Shown here one piece after another: positions 41,646-51,304 of a stretch of DNA of 64,000 bases (positions within the stretch are counted from its first letter, which is position 1; each line of letters opens with the position of its first letter). Location of the stretch: positions 6,018 to 70,017 of the forward strand of contig CALYAX010000001.1 of assembly GCA_944393665.1 (NCBI GenBank), given 5' to 3'. Position numbers and translations under genes: made by a program. Below the pieces are notes generated by a model. That model saw nothing but the letters and a program-made list of their open reading frames with translations. It ran no database searches and had not been told where the DNA came from. This stretch comes from an uncultured Alphaproteobacteria bacterium. GTDB lineage: Bacteria; Pseudomonadota; Alphaproteobacteria; RF32; CAG-239.

Positions 41646-42378
41646 AGTCGGCCGTGGTTTCAATCAGGCGGTCGAGATTGCCGCGGTCACTGTCTTTGTA
41701 TCCTTCAAAGCTTTCTTTGATTTTGACAACGGCTTCTTTTTTAGCCTTTTTAATTTGGGGCTGGGCCAGGCGCTCAAAAAGATCATCGCTGTTTTTAACC
41801 GGCGCGGCTGTTTTTTCCGCTTTTTCTTCCGCCTTTTCTTCCTCTTTGGTATCTTCATCGGCAGCGGCGGCCTGCGTTTTTTCCCGGATAATCTTGAGCG
41901 TATCCTCGGGAATCAATTCCTCAATCGGAGCAGCAAATTTTCCGGCAAGCTGAAAATATTTTGACTGGGTTAAGACATCAGATTGTTTTTCAACCGGAAT
42001 AATCCAGCTGATAAGAATATAAAACAAAATAACCAGCAAGGCGGCACGGGCAACGCCGAAAAACAATCCCAGCGTGCGGTCCAAACTGCTCAGCTTGCTG
42101 CTGCGGATTTTACTGACCAGATTGGCGGTCAGGAGAATCCAGCAAACCAAAAACAGAATCAAGATAATCAAGGCGGCAATAACCCCGGCCAGCCACCCGG
42201 TTTCGATATATTTGTTGGCAAACGGCGTTACGACCGGCAGCAGATAAATGACGGCGGCCGTTGCCAAAACCCAGCCGATGATGGACAAGACTTCTTTCAC
42301 CAGACCGCGGCTCCAGGCTATCAGTGTAGACACGGCAACAACAATTAAGATTATAATATCGAGGTTATTCAGTTGCAT
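41644..42378 (-). CDS. cvpA: CvpA-family membrane protein (colicin V production protein homolog) with an acidic C-terminal tail
   Basis: Four TM helices with the N-terminal D..........RGL motif. cvpA-radA adjacency. Confidence 0.65.
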   Translation of the reverse strand: MQLNNLDIIILIVVAVSTLIAWSRGLVKEVLSIIGWVLATAAVIYLLPVVTPFANKYIETGWLAGVIAALIILILFLVCWILLTANLVSKIRSSKLSSLDRTLGLFFGVARAALLVILFYILISWIIPVEKQSDVLTQSKYFQLAGKFAAPIEELIPEDTLKIIREKTQAAAADEDTKEEEKAEEKAEKTAAPVKNSDDLFERLAQPQIKKAKKEAVVKIKESFEGYKDSDRGNLDRLIETTAD

Positions 42379-42391
42379 TGATACTTTTTTC

Positions 42392-43765
42392 CTAGTTAAA
42401 CCAATTAATCAGGCGGTGGACATTGCCGATTTCAAAACGGTTCATCTCCACATTGATTTTCTTTTCCTTACTGTGGGTCGGCGGGGTAATCGCGCTGGCA
42501 AAGCCGAGTTTTCCGGCCTCTTTCAAGCGCAGGCTCGGCTGGCTGACGGCACGGATTTCCCCGGACAAACCAATTTCTCCAAAAATAACCATATCCGCGG
42601 GCAGCGGCTTGTTGGTGAGGGAAGAAATGACCGCCATGGCAACGGCCAGATCGGCTGCCGGTTCGGAAATACGCAGCCCGCCGGCAATATTAAGGTAGAC
42701 ATCCTGCGAACTCAGATTCATGCCGCAACGGGCTTCCAAAACGGCCAAAACCATAGACATGCGGTTGCTGTCCCAGCCGACAACAGCCCGTTTGGGACTG
42801 GCATAGCTGGTGGGACTGACCAGCGCCTGAATTTCTACCAGAACCGGGCGCGACCCTTCAATCCCCGCAAAGACACAGGAGCCGGAAATATTGCCCTGCC
42901 GTTCGGCCAAAAACAGCGCCGACGGGTTTTCCACCTCGACCAGGCCCTGATCCTGCATTTCAAAGACACCGATTTCGTCCGTGGCACCGTAGCGGTTTTT
43001 GACGGCACGCAAAATCCGGAAATGATGGCCGCGTTCACCTTCAAAATAAAGCACGGTATCTACCATATGTTCCAAAACGCGGGGTCCGGCAATGGAGCCC
43101 TGTTTGGTGACATGGCCGACCAAAAACAGCGTGAAGCCCATCCTTTTAGCCAGTTTAATCAATTCATAAGAACAGGCGCGCACTTGTGCCACACTGCCGG
43201 GCGTCGACTCCACCTCATCCAGATACATGGTCTGAATCGAATCGATGATGACAACGGCAGCTTTTGACTTTTCCAAGGTGGCGATAATATCTTTTATATC
43301 GGTGGCGCTGGCCAGCTTGACCGGAGCCTGGTCAAGCCCCAGACGTTTGGCCCGCAGGCGCACCTGGTCGATAGCCTCTTCTCCGGAGATATAATAGACT
43401 TCCGGCCTGGCGCCCATGGAGGCGATTTTGGCACAAGACTGCAGCAACAGGGTTGATTTGCCGATGCCGGGATCACCGCCGACCAAGATAACCGATCCGG
43501 CAACCAAACCACCGCCGCAGACACGGTCAAGCTCTTTGATCCCGGTTGACAGGCGGCTCAGGTGTTCTTCGGCGCCGGACAGAGGCACAAATTCTATGAC
43601 CTTGCCTTTAGCGCGTTTGGGATTAAGGTTGGAAAACCCCTCCCCGCCGATTTGTTCCTCAAGAATGGTGTTCCATTCGCCGCAGGCATCGCATTTGCCC
43701 TGCCAGCGCGGATAAACCGACCCACAGTTTTGACAGACAAATTGTTTGGCGTCTTTTTTTGCCAA
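42392..43765 (-). CDS. radA: DNA repair protein RadA/Sms
   Basis: C4 zinc finger (CQNCGSVYPRWQGKCDACGEW), a RecA-like Walker A (GDPGIGKST), a KNRYG motif and a Lon-like C-terminal domain. The start is set at the TTG at 43763-43765, which is preceded by a GGAGG RBS. Confidence 0.9.
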   Translation of the reverse strand: MAKKDAKQFVCQNCGSVYPRWQGKCDACGEWNTILEEQIGGEGFSNLNPKRAKGKVIEFVPLSGAEEHLSRLSTGIKELDRVCGGGLVAGSVILVGGDPGIGKSTLLLQSCAKIASMGARPEVYYISGEEAIDQVRLRAKRLGLDQAPVKLASATDIKDIIATLEKSKAAVVIIDSIQTMYLDEVESTPGSVAQVRACSYELIKLAKRMGFTLFLVGHVTKQGSIAGPRVLEHMVDTVLYFEGERGHHFRILRAVKNRYGATDEIGVFEMQDQGLVEVENPSALFLAERQGNISGSCVFAGIEGSRPVLVEIQALVSPTSYASPKRAVVGWDSNRMSMVLAVLEARCGMNLSSQDVYLNIAGGLRISEPAADLAVAMAVISSLTNKPLPADMVIFGEIGLSGEIRAVSQPSLRLKEAGKLGFASAITPPTHSKEKKINVEMNRFEIGNVHRLINWFN

Positions 43766-43767
43766 GA

Positions 43768-44532
43768 TCAGACCTCCACTTTTATCGGGCCGCAGGAACA
43801 ACCGTTAATAAACTGGCGGACATAAGGATTATCCGTTTTATCCATTTCTTTGACCGTTCCCTGCCAAATGATTTTGCCATGGTACAACATGGCGATTTTA
43901 TCGGCGATTTTACGGGCTGACGCCATATCGTGGGTAATGGTCAGCGCCGTTGCTCCCAAACCTTTGACCGATTCAATAATCAAATCATTAATCACATCGG
44001 ACATGATGGGATCCAGACCGGTGGTGGGCTCATCAAAAAAGATGATTTCCGGACGCGAGGCAATAGCGCGGGCCAAGCCGACACGTTTTTGCATACCGCC
44101 GGAAAGCTCGCTGGGACTCAGGTCGGCCACATCGGGAGCCAGGCCGACTGACCGTAAAACGCGCACCGCCTCAGATTTGGCTTTTTTCTTATCCTCTTTT
44201 TTATTTTCGAGCATGTCAAAGGCTACATTTTCCCACACCAGCAGAGAGTCAAACAAAGCACCGCCCTGAAAGAGCATTCCCATTTTGGAATGAAGTTCTT
44301 CTTTTTCCTGCTCGTCAATACCGACAACTTCTTTATCATCGACCAGAATCGATCCGGTTTCCGGTGTCAGCAGCCCCTGGATACATTTAATCAGCACTGA
44401 TTTTCCGGTTCCGGAACCGCCGATTACCACTAGGGATTCTCCTTTGGCAATATCCAGATCTACGCCGTCTAAAACAACTTTTTTACCAAATGACTTATGG
44501 AGGTTGCGGATTTTTATTTTGGTTTCACTCAT
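43768..44532 (-). CDS. ABC transporter ATP-binding protein, MlaF/Ttg2A-like
   Basis: Walker A GGSGTGKS, signature LSGGMQKRVGLARA and Walker B IIFFDEPTTGLD. Confidence 0.75.
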   Translation of the reverse strand: MSETKIKIRNLHKSFGKKVVLDGVDLDIAKGESLVVIGGSGTGKSVLIKCIQGLLTPETGSILVDDKEVVGIDEQEKEELHSKMGMLFQGGALFDSLLVWENVAFDMLENKKEDKKKAKSEAVRVLRSVGLAPDVADLSPSELSGGMQKRVGLARAIASRPEIIFFDEPTTGLDPIMSDVINDLIIESVKGLGATALTITHDMASARKIADKIAMLYHGKIIWQGTVKEMDKTDNPYVRQFINGCSCGPIKVEV

Positions 44533-44550
44533 TATTTTAGCTCCTGCCGC

Positions 44551-45357
44551 TTATTTGGAAAAGAAAAGTTCGGTAATGACATAGTTGAAAATCAGAATCA
44601 AAATCGAGGCCGAAACCACGGCATTGGTGGTAGCGGTACCGACACCCTGCGCGCCGCCTTTGGACTTGTAGCCGTTATAGCAGCCCATCAGCGAAATAAT
44701 AAAACCAAATACCGCGGCTTTAACCAGACCGGTGGTAATGTCAATTGACTGAAGATTTTGCAGGGTTGAATTAACATAGTTTGCCGGGTTAAAACCCAGT
44801 TTATAGACGCCGACAACATAACCGCCGAAAATACCGATGACATCGCCGATCAAGACCAGAACCGGCATAACAATCAGGCCGGCCCAAATCCGCGGGGTTA
44901 CCAAATACTTGAACGGATTGGTCGACAGAGTGGTCAGGGCATCAATCTGCTCGGTCACACGCATGGTTCCGATTTCAGCCGCCATAGCCGCGCCGATACG
45001 CCCGGCAACCATCAAGGCCGACAAAACCGGCGCCAGCTCGCGGGTTACCGAAATCAGCACTACCGAAGCCACCGCCCCTTCGGCGCCAAAGCGCATAAAA
45101 CCGGAATAACTTTGCAGAGCAATTACCATACCGGCAAAAATAGTCGTCAGTCCCACCACCGGCAAAGAATAAAAACCCATATCCAAAATCTGGCGCAGCA
45201 GATTTCTGCCGTAAAACGGCGGGGTCAGGCAGTTATAAACCGCCTGGGCAACAAAAGTTGAAAATTCGCCAAGGCGGGAAACAAAGGCTACCAGGGGTTT
45301 GCCCTGGCGGCGCAAGAAGTTCTCAATTCCGGTCAAAAACATTAGTTTTACTCGCAA
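44551..45357 (-). CDS. ABC transporter permease, MlaE/Ttg2B-like
   Basis: 268 aa with 5-6 TM helices. Directly upstream of the MlaF-like ATPase. Confidence 0.7.
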   Translation of the reverse strand: MRVKLMFLTGIENFLRRQGKPLVAFVSRLGEFSTFVAQAVYNCLTPPFYGRNLLRQILDMGFYSLPVVGLTTIFAGMVIALQSYSGFMRFGAEGAVASVVLISVTRELAPVLSALMVAGRIGAAMAAEIGTMRVTEQIDALTTLSTNPFKYLVTPRIWAGLIVMPVLVLIGDVIGIFGGYVVGVYKLGFNPANYVNSTLQNLQSIDITTGLVKAAVFGFIISLMGCYNGYKSKGGAQGVGTATTNAVVSASILILIFNYVITELFFSK

Positions 45358-45483
45358 ACAGTTAAAATTTGGGCATATTTTAGAACCAAGAGGTTAAATA
45401 ATCAATAAAGATTTGCCAGTTATACGCGGCAAGAATTGCCTTTTGATGGCCTAAAGAGAAGCATAATCGAAACGGCAGCAGCT

Positions 45484-45924
45484 TTATGTGCCGGACGGCA
45501 AAGATTTTAACAGGCGCAAGGCGGCAATAATTTTATCAGGTGCCGAAGCCTCAAACGGATAAAGCCTGATTTTGCGGATTTTAATGCCGCCGCAGTCATA
45601 ATAACCCGGCTCAGGCAGGCGTTCGACCTCTGACGGTTCCCTGACCAGCTCGACCACGAGTTTGACGATCACCTGATCAAGCGCCGGAAGCGTGAGAATA
45701 CCCACTCCCCTCACCTCCAGGCAGCCTTTGATAGCTGCCGGCGCCGAAGCAAACACCTGCTCATCTTCAAGATAAAGATCAACCCGGTCATCAGCAACCA
45801 AAATGGCATGATGGGAATTTATCAGGCGCAGGCACAAATCCGATTTGCCGCGCCCGGAACCGCCGACAATCATAACCCCGTCATTTTCAACAGCGACACA
45901 ACAGGCATGGATATTGGTGGTCAT
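45484..45924 (-). CDS. hprK: HPr kinase/phosphorylase, C-terminal kinase domain only (alphaproteobacterial short form)
   Basis: P-loop GGSGRGKSDL, then the LVADD and LEVRG motifs. 146 aa. Confidence 0.65.
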   Translation of the reverse strand: MTTNIHACCVAVENDGVMIVGGSGRGKSDLCLRLINSHHAILVADDRVDLYLEDEQVFASAPAAIKGCLEVRGVGILTLPALDQVIVKLVVELVREPSEVERLPEPGYYDCGGIKIRKIRLYPFEASAPDKIIAALRLLKSLPSGT

Positions 45925-46388
45925 AATATTTCTCCCAAATTTTGCAGGCGCGCGGATTTAGCGGCTGATCCGGACGTAATGACTGCCACACGGCCTGAAC
46001 CTTCCGGCGCCAGTTCAATTTTGAAAATATCACGCGGCAGATACGGCGCCATTTTTTCCGGCCATTCTATAAGGCAGACGCCCGAATACATAGCATCTTC
46101 AACACCAATCTCAAAAATTTCGTCCGGCGATTTCAGGCGGTATAAATCAAAATGATAAATCTCAAACAACGGCGCATCATAAATCTGCATGAGGGTAAAC
46201 GTGGGGCTCGGCACCTCGGCAGCGCCGGTCAATTCCTGAACAAATGCCCGGGCCAGAACGGATTTGCCCATTCCCAGCGTTCCACAGAGTGCAAAAACAT
46301 CGCCGGTTTGAGCGATTTTTGCCAGGGCGCACCCCAGTTTTTGGGTTGAGGCTTCGTCCGGAAGGTGAAAAGTCAGCCCTTCAGTCAT
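45921..46388 (-). CDS. tsaE: tRNA t6A37 threonylcarbamoyladenosine biosynthesis protein TsaE
   Basis: P-loop GTLGMGKS in the YjeE-family context. 155 aa. Confidence 0.75.
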   Translation of the reverse strand: MTEGLTFHLPDEASTQKLGCALAKIAQTGDVFALCGTLGMGKSVLARAFVQELTGAAEVPSPTFTLMQIYDAPLFEIYHFDLYRLKSPDEIFEIGVEDAMYSGVCLIEWPEKMAPYLPRDIFKIELAPEGSGRVAVITSGSAAKSARLQNLGEIL

Positions 46389-46390
46389 GG

Positions 46391-47437
46391 TCAGCTCATC
46401 TTGCCCAGCAGGGTCCGTTTGCGTTTGGGCTGAGATTTGATAATCTTAATATTGGCCTTGCGATTCTGAAGTTTGCGCCAGTCCCAGGGCATATAAAATT
46501 CGCCCTGCCACAGGCCGCGCTGGTTTTCCTGTGCCTGCAGCTGGTACGGCACATAAATATCCGTATATTTGGTATAGGCAACGGCCCAGCCGGCATTCAC
46601 CAGCGCCGCTCCCAAATCATAAGCGCCCAGAGAACAGACGCCGACCATATTGCCGCGCTCGTCGTGTTGCATAATCCGGCACTCCAGGATATTATCCTGC
46701 AGCCAGCCGGCCAGCCAGGCCGCGGCCTGACGACCGCAACTGTAAGAACGGCCGGCAGCATCGGAACATTGCTGATTATTTTCCGGCGCATCAATTCCGT
46801 ACAGCCGGAAATAATGGTTACCGAGAATCAGCGTATCTCCGCTGACAACCTGAGCTTCAGAATAAACCGCGGGAAAGTTTTTAGGATTAAAGGCCGCAGA
46901 TTGTGCCTGCTGGCTTTTGCCGCCGCCAAACAGACTGTCCAGAAAACCACCGCCTGATGCCTGCGGCTGTTGACACTCGGGAGGGCAGGCATGCTGCTCG
47001 GCAATCTGCGGGGCGGTTTCCGCACCTGAAGGGGCTGAAAAATTTTCGCTGATAGGGGTATCAAAATCTTCTTCATCAAGCAAATTGACAACGGCGCCAT
47101 TTGAACCGGAAGCGCTGGCGAGGCGTGTATTCTGACGGACGGTGCTTTGCCCCAAAAAACTTTTTAAGTTATTGCCTACATTGGAAACCCCGCCGTTGAA
47201 GGCTCCGATGGCATAAAGAATAAAAACAACAATCGCCGCAATTAAAAAAATCGACGGCAGGCAGCCCATGGCCCGCCAAGCCATTTTGGCAAAAATATAC
47301 AGGACAATCAAACCGATGATGAGTCCCAGAACGCCGCCGCCCTGCATGAGGGCAGAGTTACTCTGGGTGCCGGCGCCGCCAAGCAAAATCAGAAAAAGCG
47401 CTCCAAAACCCAACAATACTTTTTTAAGAAAGAACAT
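46391..47437 (-). CDS. membrane-anchored staphylococcal-nuclease (SNase/thermonuclease)-like protein
   Basis: Two or three N-terminal TM helices and a Gly/Ser/Gln-rich linker. The C-terminal SNase domain carries GDT...RLYGIDAPE, D.RGN and a tyrosine triad. Confidence 0.65.
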   Translation of the reverse strand: MFFLKKVLLGFGALFLILLGGAGTQSNSALMQGGGVLGLIIGLIVLYIFAKMAWRAMGCLPSIFLIAAIVVFILYAIGAFNGGVSNVGNNLKSFLGQSTVRQNTRLASASGSNGAVVNLLDEEDFDTPISENFSAPSGAETAPQIAEQHACPPECQQPQASGGGFLDSLFGGGKSQQAQSAAFNPKNFPAVYSEAQVVSGDTLILGNHYFRLYGIDAPENNQQCSDAAGRSYSCGRQAAAWLAGWLQDNILECRIMQHDERGNMVGVCSLGAYDLGAALVNAGWAVAYTKYTDIYVPYQLQAQENQRGLWQGEFYMPWDWRKLQNRKANIKIIKSQPKRKRTLLGKMS

Positions 47438-47554
47438 CGCGGCTCCCCTTTTGGTTATGCTCTGCAGACATTAAACCACAGAAGTTTATTTATGCCAATA
47501 TTTTTCTGTTACAATATAAGTTTTTAGTAAAGATATGGTTAGCAAAATTTAACT

Positions 47555-47592
47555 CAAAAAAGAAAAAGGCAAAACTTCTGTTTTGCCTTTTT
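47555..47592. terminator. intrinsic terminator downstream of the Cys-rich small ORF (minus strand)
   Basis: Hairpin aaggcaaaac-ttct-gttttgcctt flanked by A/T runs. Confidence 0.6.
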
Positions 47593-47665
47593 GACCTGCC
47601 CCAAGCAGGAAGAAATCTCCCCGTTTTAAGAAAACGGTGCCGGAATAACGGAACCGGCATTTTAA

Positions 47666-47899
47666 TTATTCGGCTTTTTTGCGGTAGCAATGGCAATGGC
47701 ATTCACCGTCGCGTTCAATATCTGCACGGCAGGTGTCAGAAATGCAAAAACGGGCCGGGTTATTGCCGTCGCAAGGGCAGCGCTGCCATTCGGATTCGCC
47801 AAACATCATCATTTTGGCTTTGGCAATTTTTTCAACGTTTTTGGTCGTGGCATAACCGGCCTTTTCACAGTTCTCAAGCATTTTATCCAAGATAGTCAT
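47666..47899 (-). CDS. small Cys-rich protein (77 aa) with a CPC...C...C...CHC(HC) motif like the ferredoxin-thioredoxin reductase catalytic subunit
   Basis: CPCDGNNPARFCISDTCRADIERDGECHCHC. It has its own terminator and lies between the SNase-like gene and parB. Confidence 0.4.
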   Translation of the reverse strand: MTILDKMLENCEKAGYATTKNVEKIAKAKMMMFGESEWQRCPCDGNNPARFCISDTCRADIERDGECHCHCYRKKAE

Positions 47900-47914
47900 T
47901 TTTAGTTTCCTTTA

Positions 47915-48943
47915 TTAATCAACAATTTTAATTGAAAATTTTTCTGCCGGCGCAGCAGGTGCTTCAGCTTTAAATACAGTGTTCGGCACTTGTACTGACT
48001 CAGTTTTGCGTTTTTGCTGCAAAGTTTCGATAATCATGTCAAGTTCAGCAACCGAAGCATATTGAAGGACTACTTTGCCGCCGCCCTGTTTATTGGGCGT
48101 GATCTTAAGGCGCAAACCTAAATTTTTGATTAATTCATTTTCGATCTGCTGCAGGTCCTCATTTTTGGTTTTTTTAACTTTGGGAGCAGAAGGCTCTTTT
48201 TGTCTGGCAACAAGTTCTTCAACCTGGCGGACGCTCATATCTTTGGCAACAATGCGTTCAGCCAGTTCCGCGGCATTTTCTAAGCCAACCAGGCAGCGGG
48301 CGTGCCCGGCAGACAATTTATTTTCTTTAATCAGCGCCTGAACCTGCGCGGGCAGATTAAGCAGGCGCAAGGTGTTTGCAATATGGCTCCGTGATTTTCC
48401 GATAATCGCGGCCAGTGCTTCCTGAGTATGGGAAAATTCATTCATCAGGCGTTGAAAACCTTCTGCTTCCTCAATAGCGGAAAGATTTTCACGCAGCAGA
48501 TTTTCAACCAGGGCAACTTCCAAAGCTTCCTGGTCGCTGAAATCTTTGATAATAACCGGAACTTCACCCAAACCGGCCATCTTGGCAGCCCGCCAGCGGC
48601 GTTCGCCGGCAATCAACTCATATTTATCGCCGTCGCGGCGGACCAGCAGGGGCTGAAGAACACCTTTTTCTTTAATCGAATCGGCTAAAGAATGCAAGGC
48701 CTCGCTATCAAACTCGGTACGCGGCTGATAACGGCCTGGAACAACAGCATCTATCCTGACCGAAGAGGCGGCAGAAGGATCCCCATTGACGGCGGGAGAG
48801 TTTTCGTTAAGTTCATCACCGCCAAGCAGGGCACCAAGCCCGCGGCCGAGACTTTTGCGTTTGTGAGCATGTTGGGAATTATCCGGCGCCGGATCACCGG
48901 GAAGATCATTCAACAATTCATCAAGTTCATTATCAATCAGCAT
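47915..48943 (-). CDS. parB: chromosome partitioning protein ParB
   Basis: ParB box (IAGERRWRAAKMAGL) and an HTH. Overlaps the parA stop. Confidence 0.9.
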   Translation of the reverse strand: MLIDNELDELLNDLPGDPAPDNSQHAHKRKSLGRGLGALLGGDELNENSPAVNGDPSAASSVRIDAVVPGRYQPRTEFDSEALHSLADSIKEKGVLQPLLVRRDGDKYELIAGERRWRAAKMAGLGEVPVIIKDFSDQEALEVALVENLLRENLSAIEEAEGFQRLMNEFSHTQEALAAIIGKSRSHIANTLRLLNLPAQVQALIKENKLSAGHARCLVGLENAAELAERIVAKDMSVRQVEELVARQKEPSAPKVKKTKNEDLQQIENELIKNLGLRLKITPNKQGGGKVVLQYASVAELDMIIETLQQKRKTESVQVPNTVFKAEAPAAPAEKFSIKIVD

Positions 48944-49716
48944 GCCAATAATTCCTTTTCACGTTTTAAAACTTCGCCGGTCAGGCTGATATAGGCCTGA
49001 GAACCGGGGCAGCGGAAATCATAAATTAAGACCGGTTTTCCGTGCGAGGGCGCTTCCGAGACACGAACATTCCGGGGGATAACCGTATTGTAAACTTTTT
49101 TGCCGAAGAAGGCGCGCACATCGTCTTCCACCATCTGTGTCAGATTGTTGCGTTTATCATACATAGTGAGAACCACGCCGTGAAGCGCCAGCCTGGGATT
49201 AAAATTCTTTTTAATAACATTGATGTTACGGATCAGATCGGTGATTCCCTCAAGAGCCAAAAACTCACACTGCAGCGGAACGATGACTGCGTCGGCAGCG
49301 ACCAGGGCGTTAATGGTTACCAGACTCAAAGAAGGCGGGCAGTCAATCAGGACATAGTCATAATTGACGGCTTCTTTGGCTATGGCGTTTTTGAGCGCGA
49401 ATTCGCGTTTGGGCATATCGACAAGCTCAATCTCGGCGCCGGCCAAATCGGGTGAGGACGGCACCAGGGAGAAATTTGGAATTTCGGTCCAGACAATCGC
49501 TTCGGATAATTTGTGTGTTCCGATTAAAACTTCATAGGAAGAAGTCATGCGGCCCTTTTTGTTAACACCCATAGAGGTCGAGGCGTTTCCCTGAGGGTCA
49601 AGGTCAATTACCAAAACTTTTTTTCCGGCAGCTGCCATCGCTGTCGCAACATTGACGGTGGTCGTGGTTTTTCCGACTCCGCCCTTGCGGTTGGCAATCG
49701 CTAAAATTCTGGGCAT
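48937..49716 (-). CDS. parA: chromosome partitioning ATPase ParA
   Basis: Deviant Walker A (KGGVGKTTT). 259 aa. Confidence 0.9.
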   Translation of the reverse strand: MPRILAIANRKGGVGKTTTTVNVATAMAAAGKKVLVIDLDPQGNASTSMGVNKKGRMTSSYEVLIGTHKLSEAIVWTEIPNFSLVPSSPDLAGAEIELVDMPKREFALKNAIAKEAVNYDYVLIDCPPSLSLVTINALVAADAVIVPLQCEFLALEGITDLIRNINVIKKNFNPRLALHGVVLTMYDKRNNLTQMVEDDVRAFFGKKVYNTVIPRNVRVSEAPSHGKPVLIYDFRCPGSQAYISLTGEVLKREKELLAC

Positions 49717-50343
49717 TTATTTCTCTCCTTTAATTTTAGATAAACGGGTGATAATTAAAATCCGGCCTTCATCGCTTTGTTCGCTGGGTTCAATCCGGAC
49801 ATCAAAATTCCAGTTCTTGCGTGCAGCAGCAATTTCCTCGGCATATTTTTTGCCTTTGGGAAAAATGCAGACCGTTTGGCGAGAACAAAACTTATAAACA
49901 TACCGAAACAACTCTTCCAAAGATGCCAAGGCGCGGGAGGTGATCACATCGGCGCGTTCGGGAATAATTTTTTCAATACGGTCATTGATAATATTCACAT
50001 TGATATTCAACTGCTCTTTGACATGATTTAAATACAGCGTTTTTTTGGAAGTGGCTTCAACCAGATTTATTTTTAAATACGGCGTTTTTTCATTAGCCAT
50101 AACAGCCAGGACCAACCCCGGAAAGCCTGCTCCAGAGCCAAAATCATACATAATTTTGGCGTCTTGTGGAATATACTTGAACAATTGGGCAGAGTCTAAA
50201 AAATGACGTTCCCAGGCAGTTTCAAGAGTCGTGCTGCTGACCAGATTAAATTTGGCCTGCCATTCAGACAAGAGCTGCTGATAGGTTTTTAATTTGAGAA
50301 ATGTTTCACGTGAAACATTATATTTTGAGCAAAAATTTTCCAT
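49717..50343 (-). CDS. rsmG: 16S rRNA m7G527 methyltransferase RsmG (GidB)
   Basis: SAM-binding motif (DFGSGAGFPG). Conserved gidB-parA-parB order. Confidence 0.85.
   Translation of the reverse strand: MENFCSKYNVSRETFLKLKTYQQLLSEWQAKFNLVSSTTLETAWERHFLDSAQLFKYIPQDAKIMYDFGSGAGFPGLVLAVMANEKTPYLKINLVEATSKKTLYLNHVKEQLNINVNIINDRIEKIIPERADVITSRALASLEELFRYVYKFCSRQTVCIFPKGKKYAEEIAAARKNWNFDVRIEPSEQSDEGRILIITRLSKIKGEK
50302..50317. promoter_or_regulatory. parS centromere site (perfect 16-bp palindrome TGTTTCACGTGAAACA) inside the 5' end of rsmG
   Basis: Exact match to the canonical ParB-binding palindrome. Confidence 0.8.
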
Positions 50344-50476
50344 AACTTATTTTTATAATTTTTATGAAAAATTTAAAAGATAAAAAAACAGTTATAAACA
50401 CCTTATTTAATCCGATTTAAATTATATTTTAAATCAGATGGTTAGACAGTGTTAACTGACTCACAATCTAAATATT

Positions 50477-51304
50477 TTACAAATGGAAACGGACGGAATA
50501 ATTTACCGAAGCCAGCATGGATTCGGCTTCTTCAAAATGATCTCCGATTTCATTAACCGAATGAGCATCATCTGAAATTATTACGGGAACATCACGGCGG
50601 GCCAGTTGTTCGATAAACCACATTGACGGATAAGTTTCATTGCAGATACGCAGTCCTTTGGTATTTAATTCATATGGGGTTTTAGTCTCAGCCAGCGTTT
50701 CAATCAGTTCAAGTTTAAGTTCATCCCATTCCGGAGAAGTGCAAAAACCCTTATTTTTAATCAGGTCAATATGGGCGATAAAGTCAAAATAGCCGCTGCG
50801 GGCTGCCGCCATGATGTTTTTCCAATGATTGCGCAGCCCGTTCCGGGCAAGATCGTCTGTTATCAGATCCGGGCGCTCCAACAAGCACAGCGGACGAATA
50901 ATTGCTTTATAATCCGAACTGTAAACCAAATGGCTGGATCCGATATAATAATCAGCTTCCAGACGAGCGCGCAATTTCTCAAAAAACCTCAGCCATTCAG
51001 GGTCATTAAAATAATCTACTTCAAAACCGACCAGAACTTTTATATTGTGATTCTGCGCCGCCTGGCGGATATCTTCGATATTACGTTTATAAACATCCTC
51101 AACCTGATTATAATCGCCAAAATATATGGCATTCATGTTTTTGATTTCTAAAACATGAGGGTTGCAAATTAAATGATTAGAAATGCCGATTTCACGAAAA
51201 CCCAGCTCTTCAGCCCGTGCAATCATCTCTTCAGCCGTATTGCGGCCATCAAAAATACCCAAAGCGTTGGTGTGGCAGTGATAGGTAAAATCCTGCATTA
51301 TCAA
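50477..51304 (-). CDS. PHP-family phosphoesterase (HisK-like histidinol-phosphatase family)
   Basis: Metal-binding motifs HCHTN...DG, GFEVDY, ELNTKGL and ETYPS as in HisK-type PHP enzymes. AT-rich. Confidence 0.6.
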   Translation of the reverse strand: MIMQDFTYHCHTNALGIFDGRNTAEEMIARAEELGFREIGISNHLICNPHVLEIKNMNAIYFGDYNQVEDVYKRNIEDIRQAAQNHNIKVLVGFEVDYFNDPEWLRFFEKLRARLEADYYIGSSHLVYSSDYKAIIRPLCLLERPDLITDDLARNGLRNHWKNIMAAARSGYFDFIAHIDLIKNKGFCTSPEWDELKLELIETLAETKTPYELNTKGLRICNETYPSMWFIEQLARRDVPVIISDDAHSVNEIGDHFEEAESMLASVNYSVRFHL

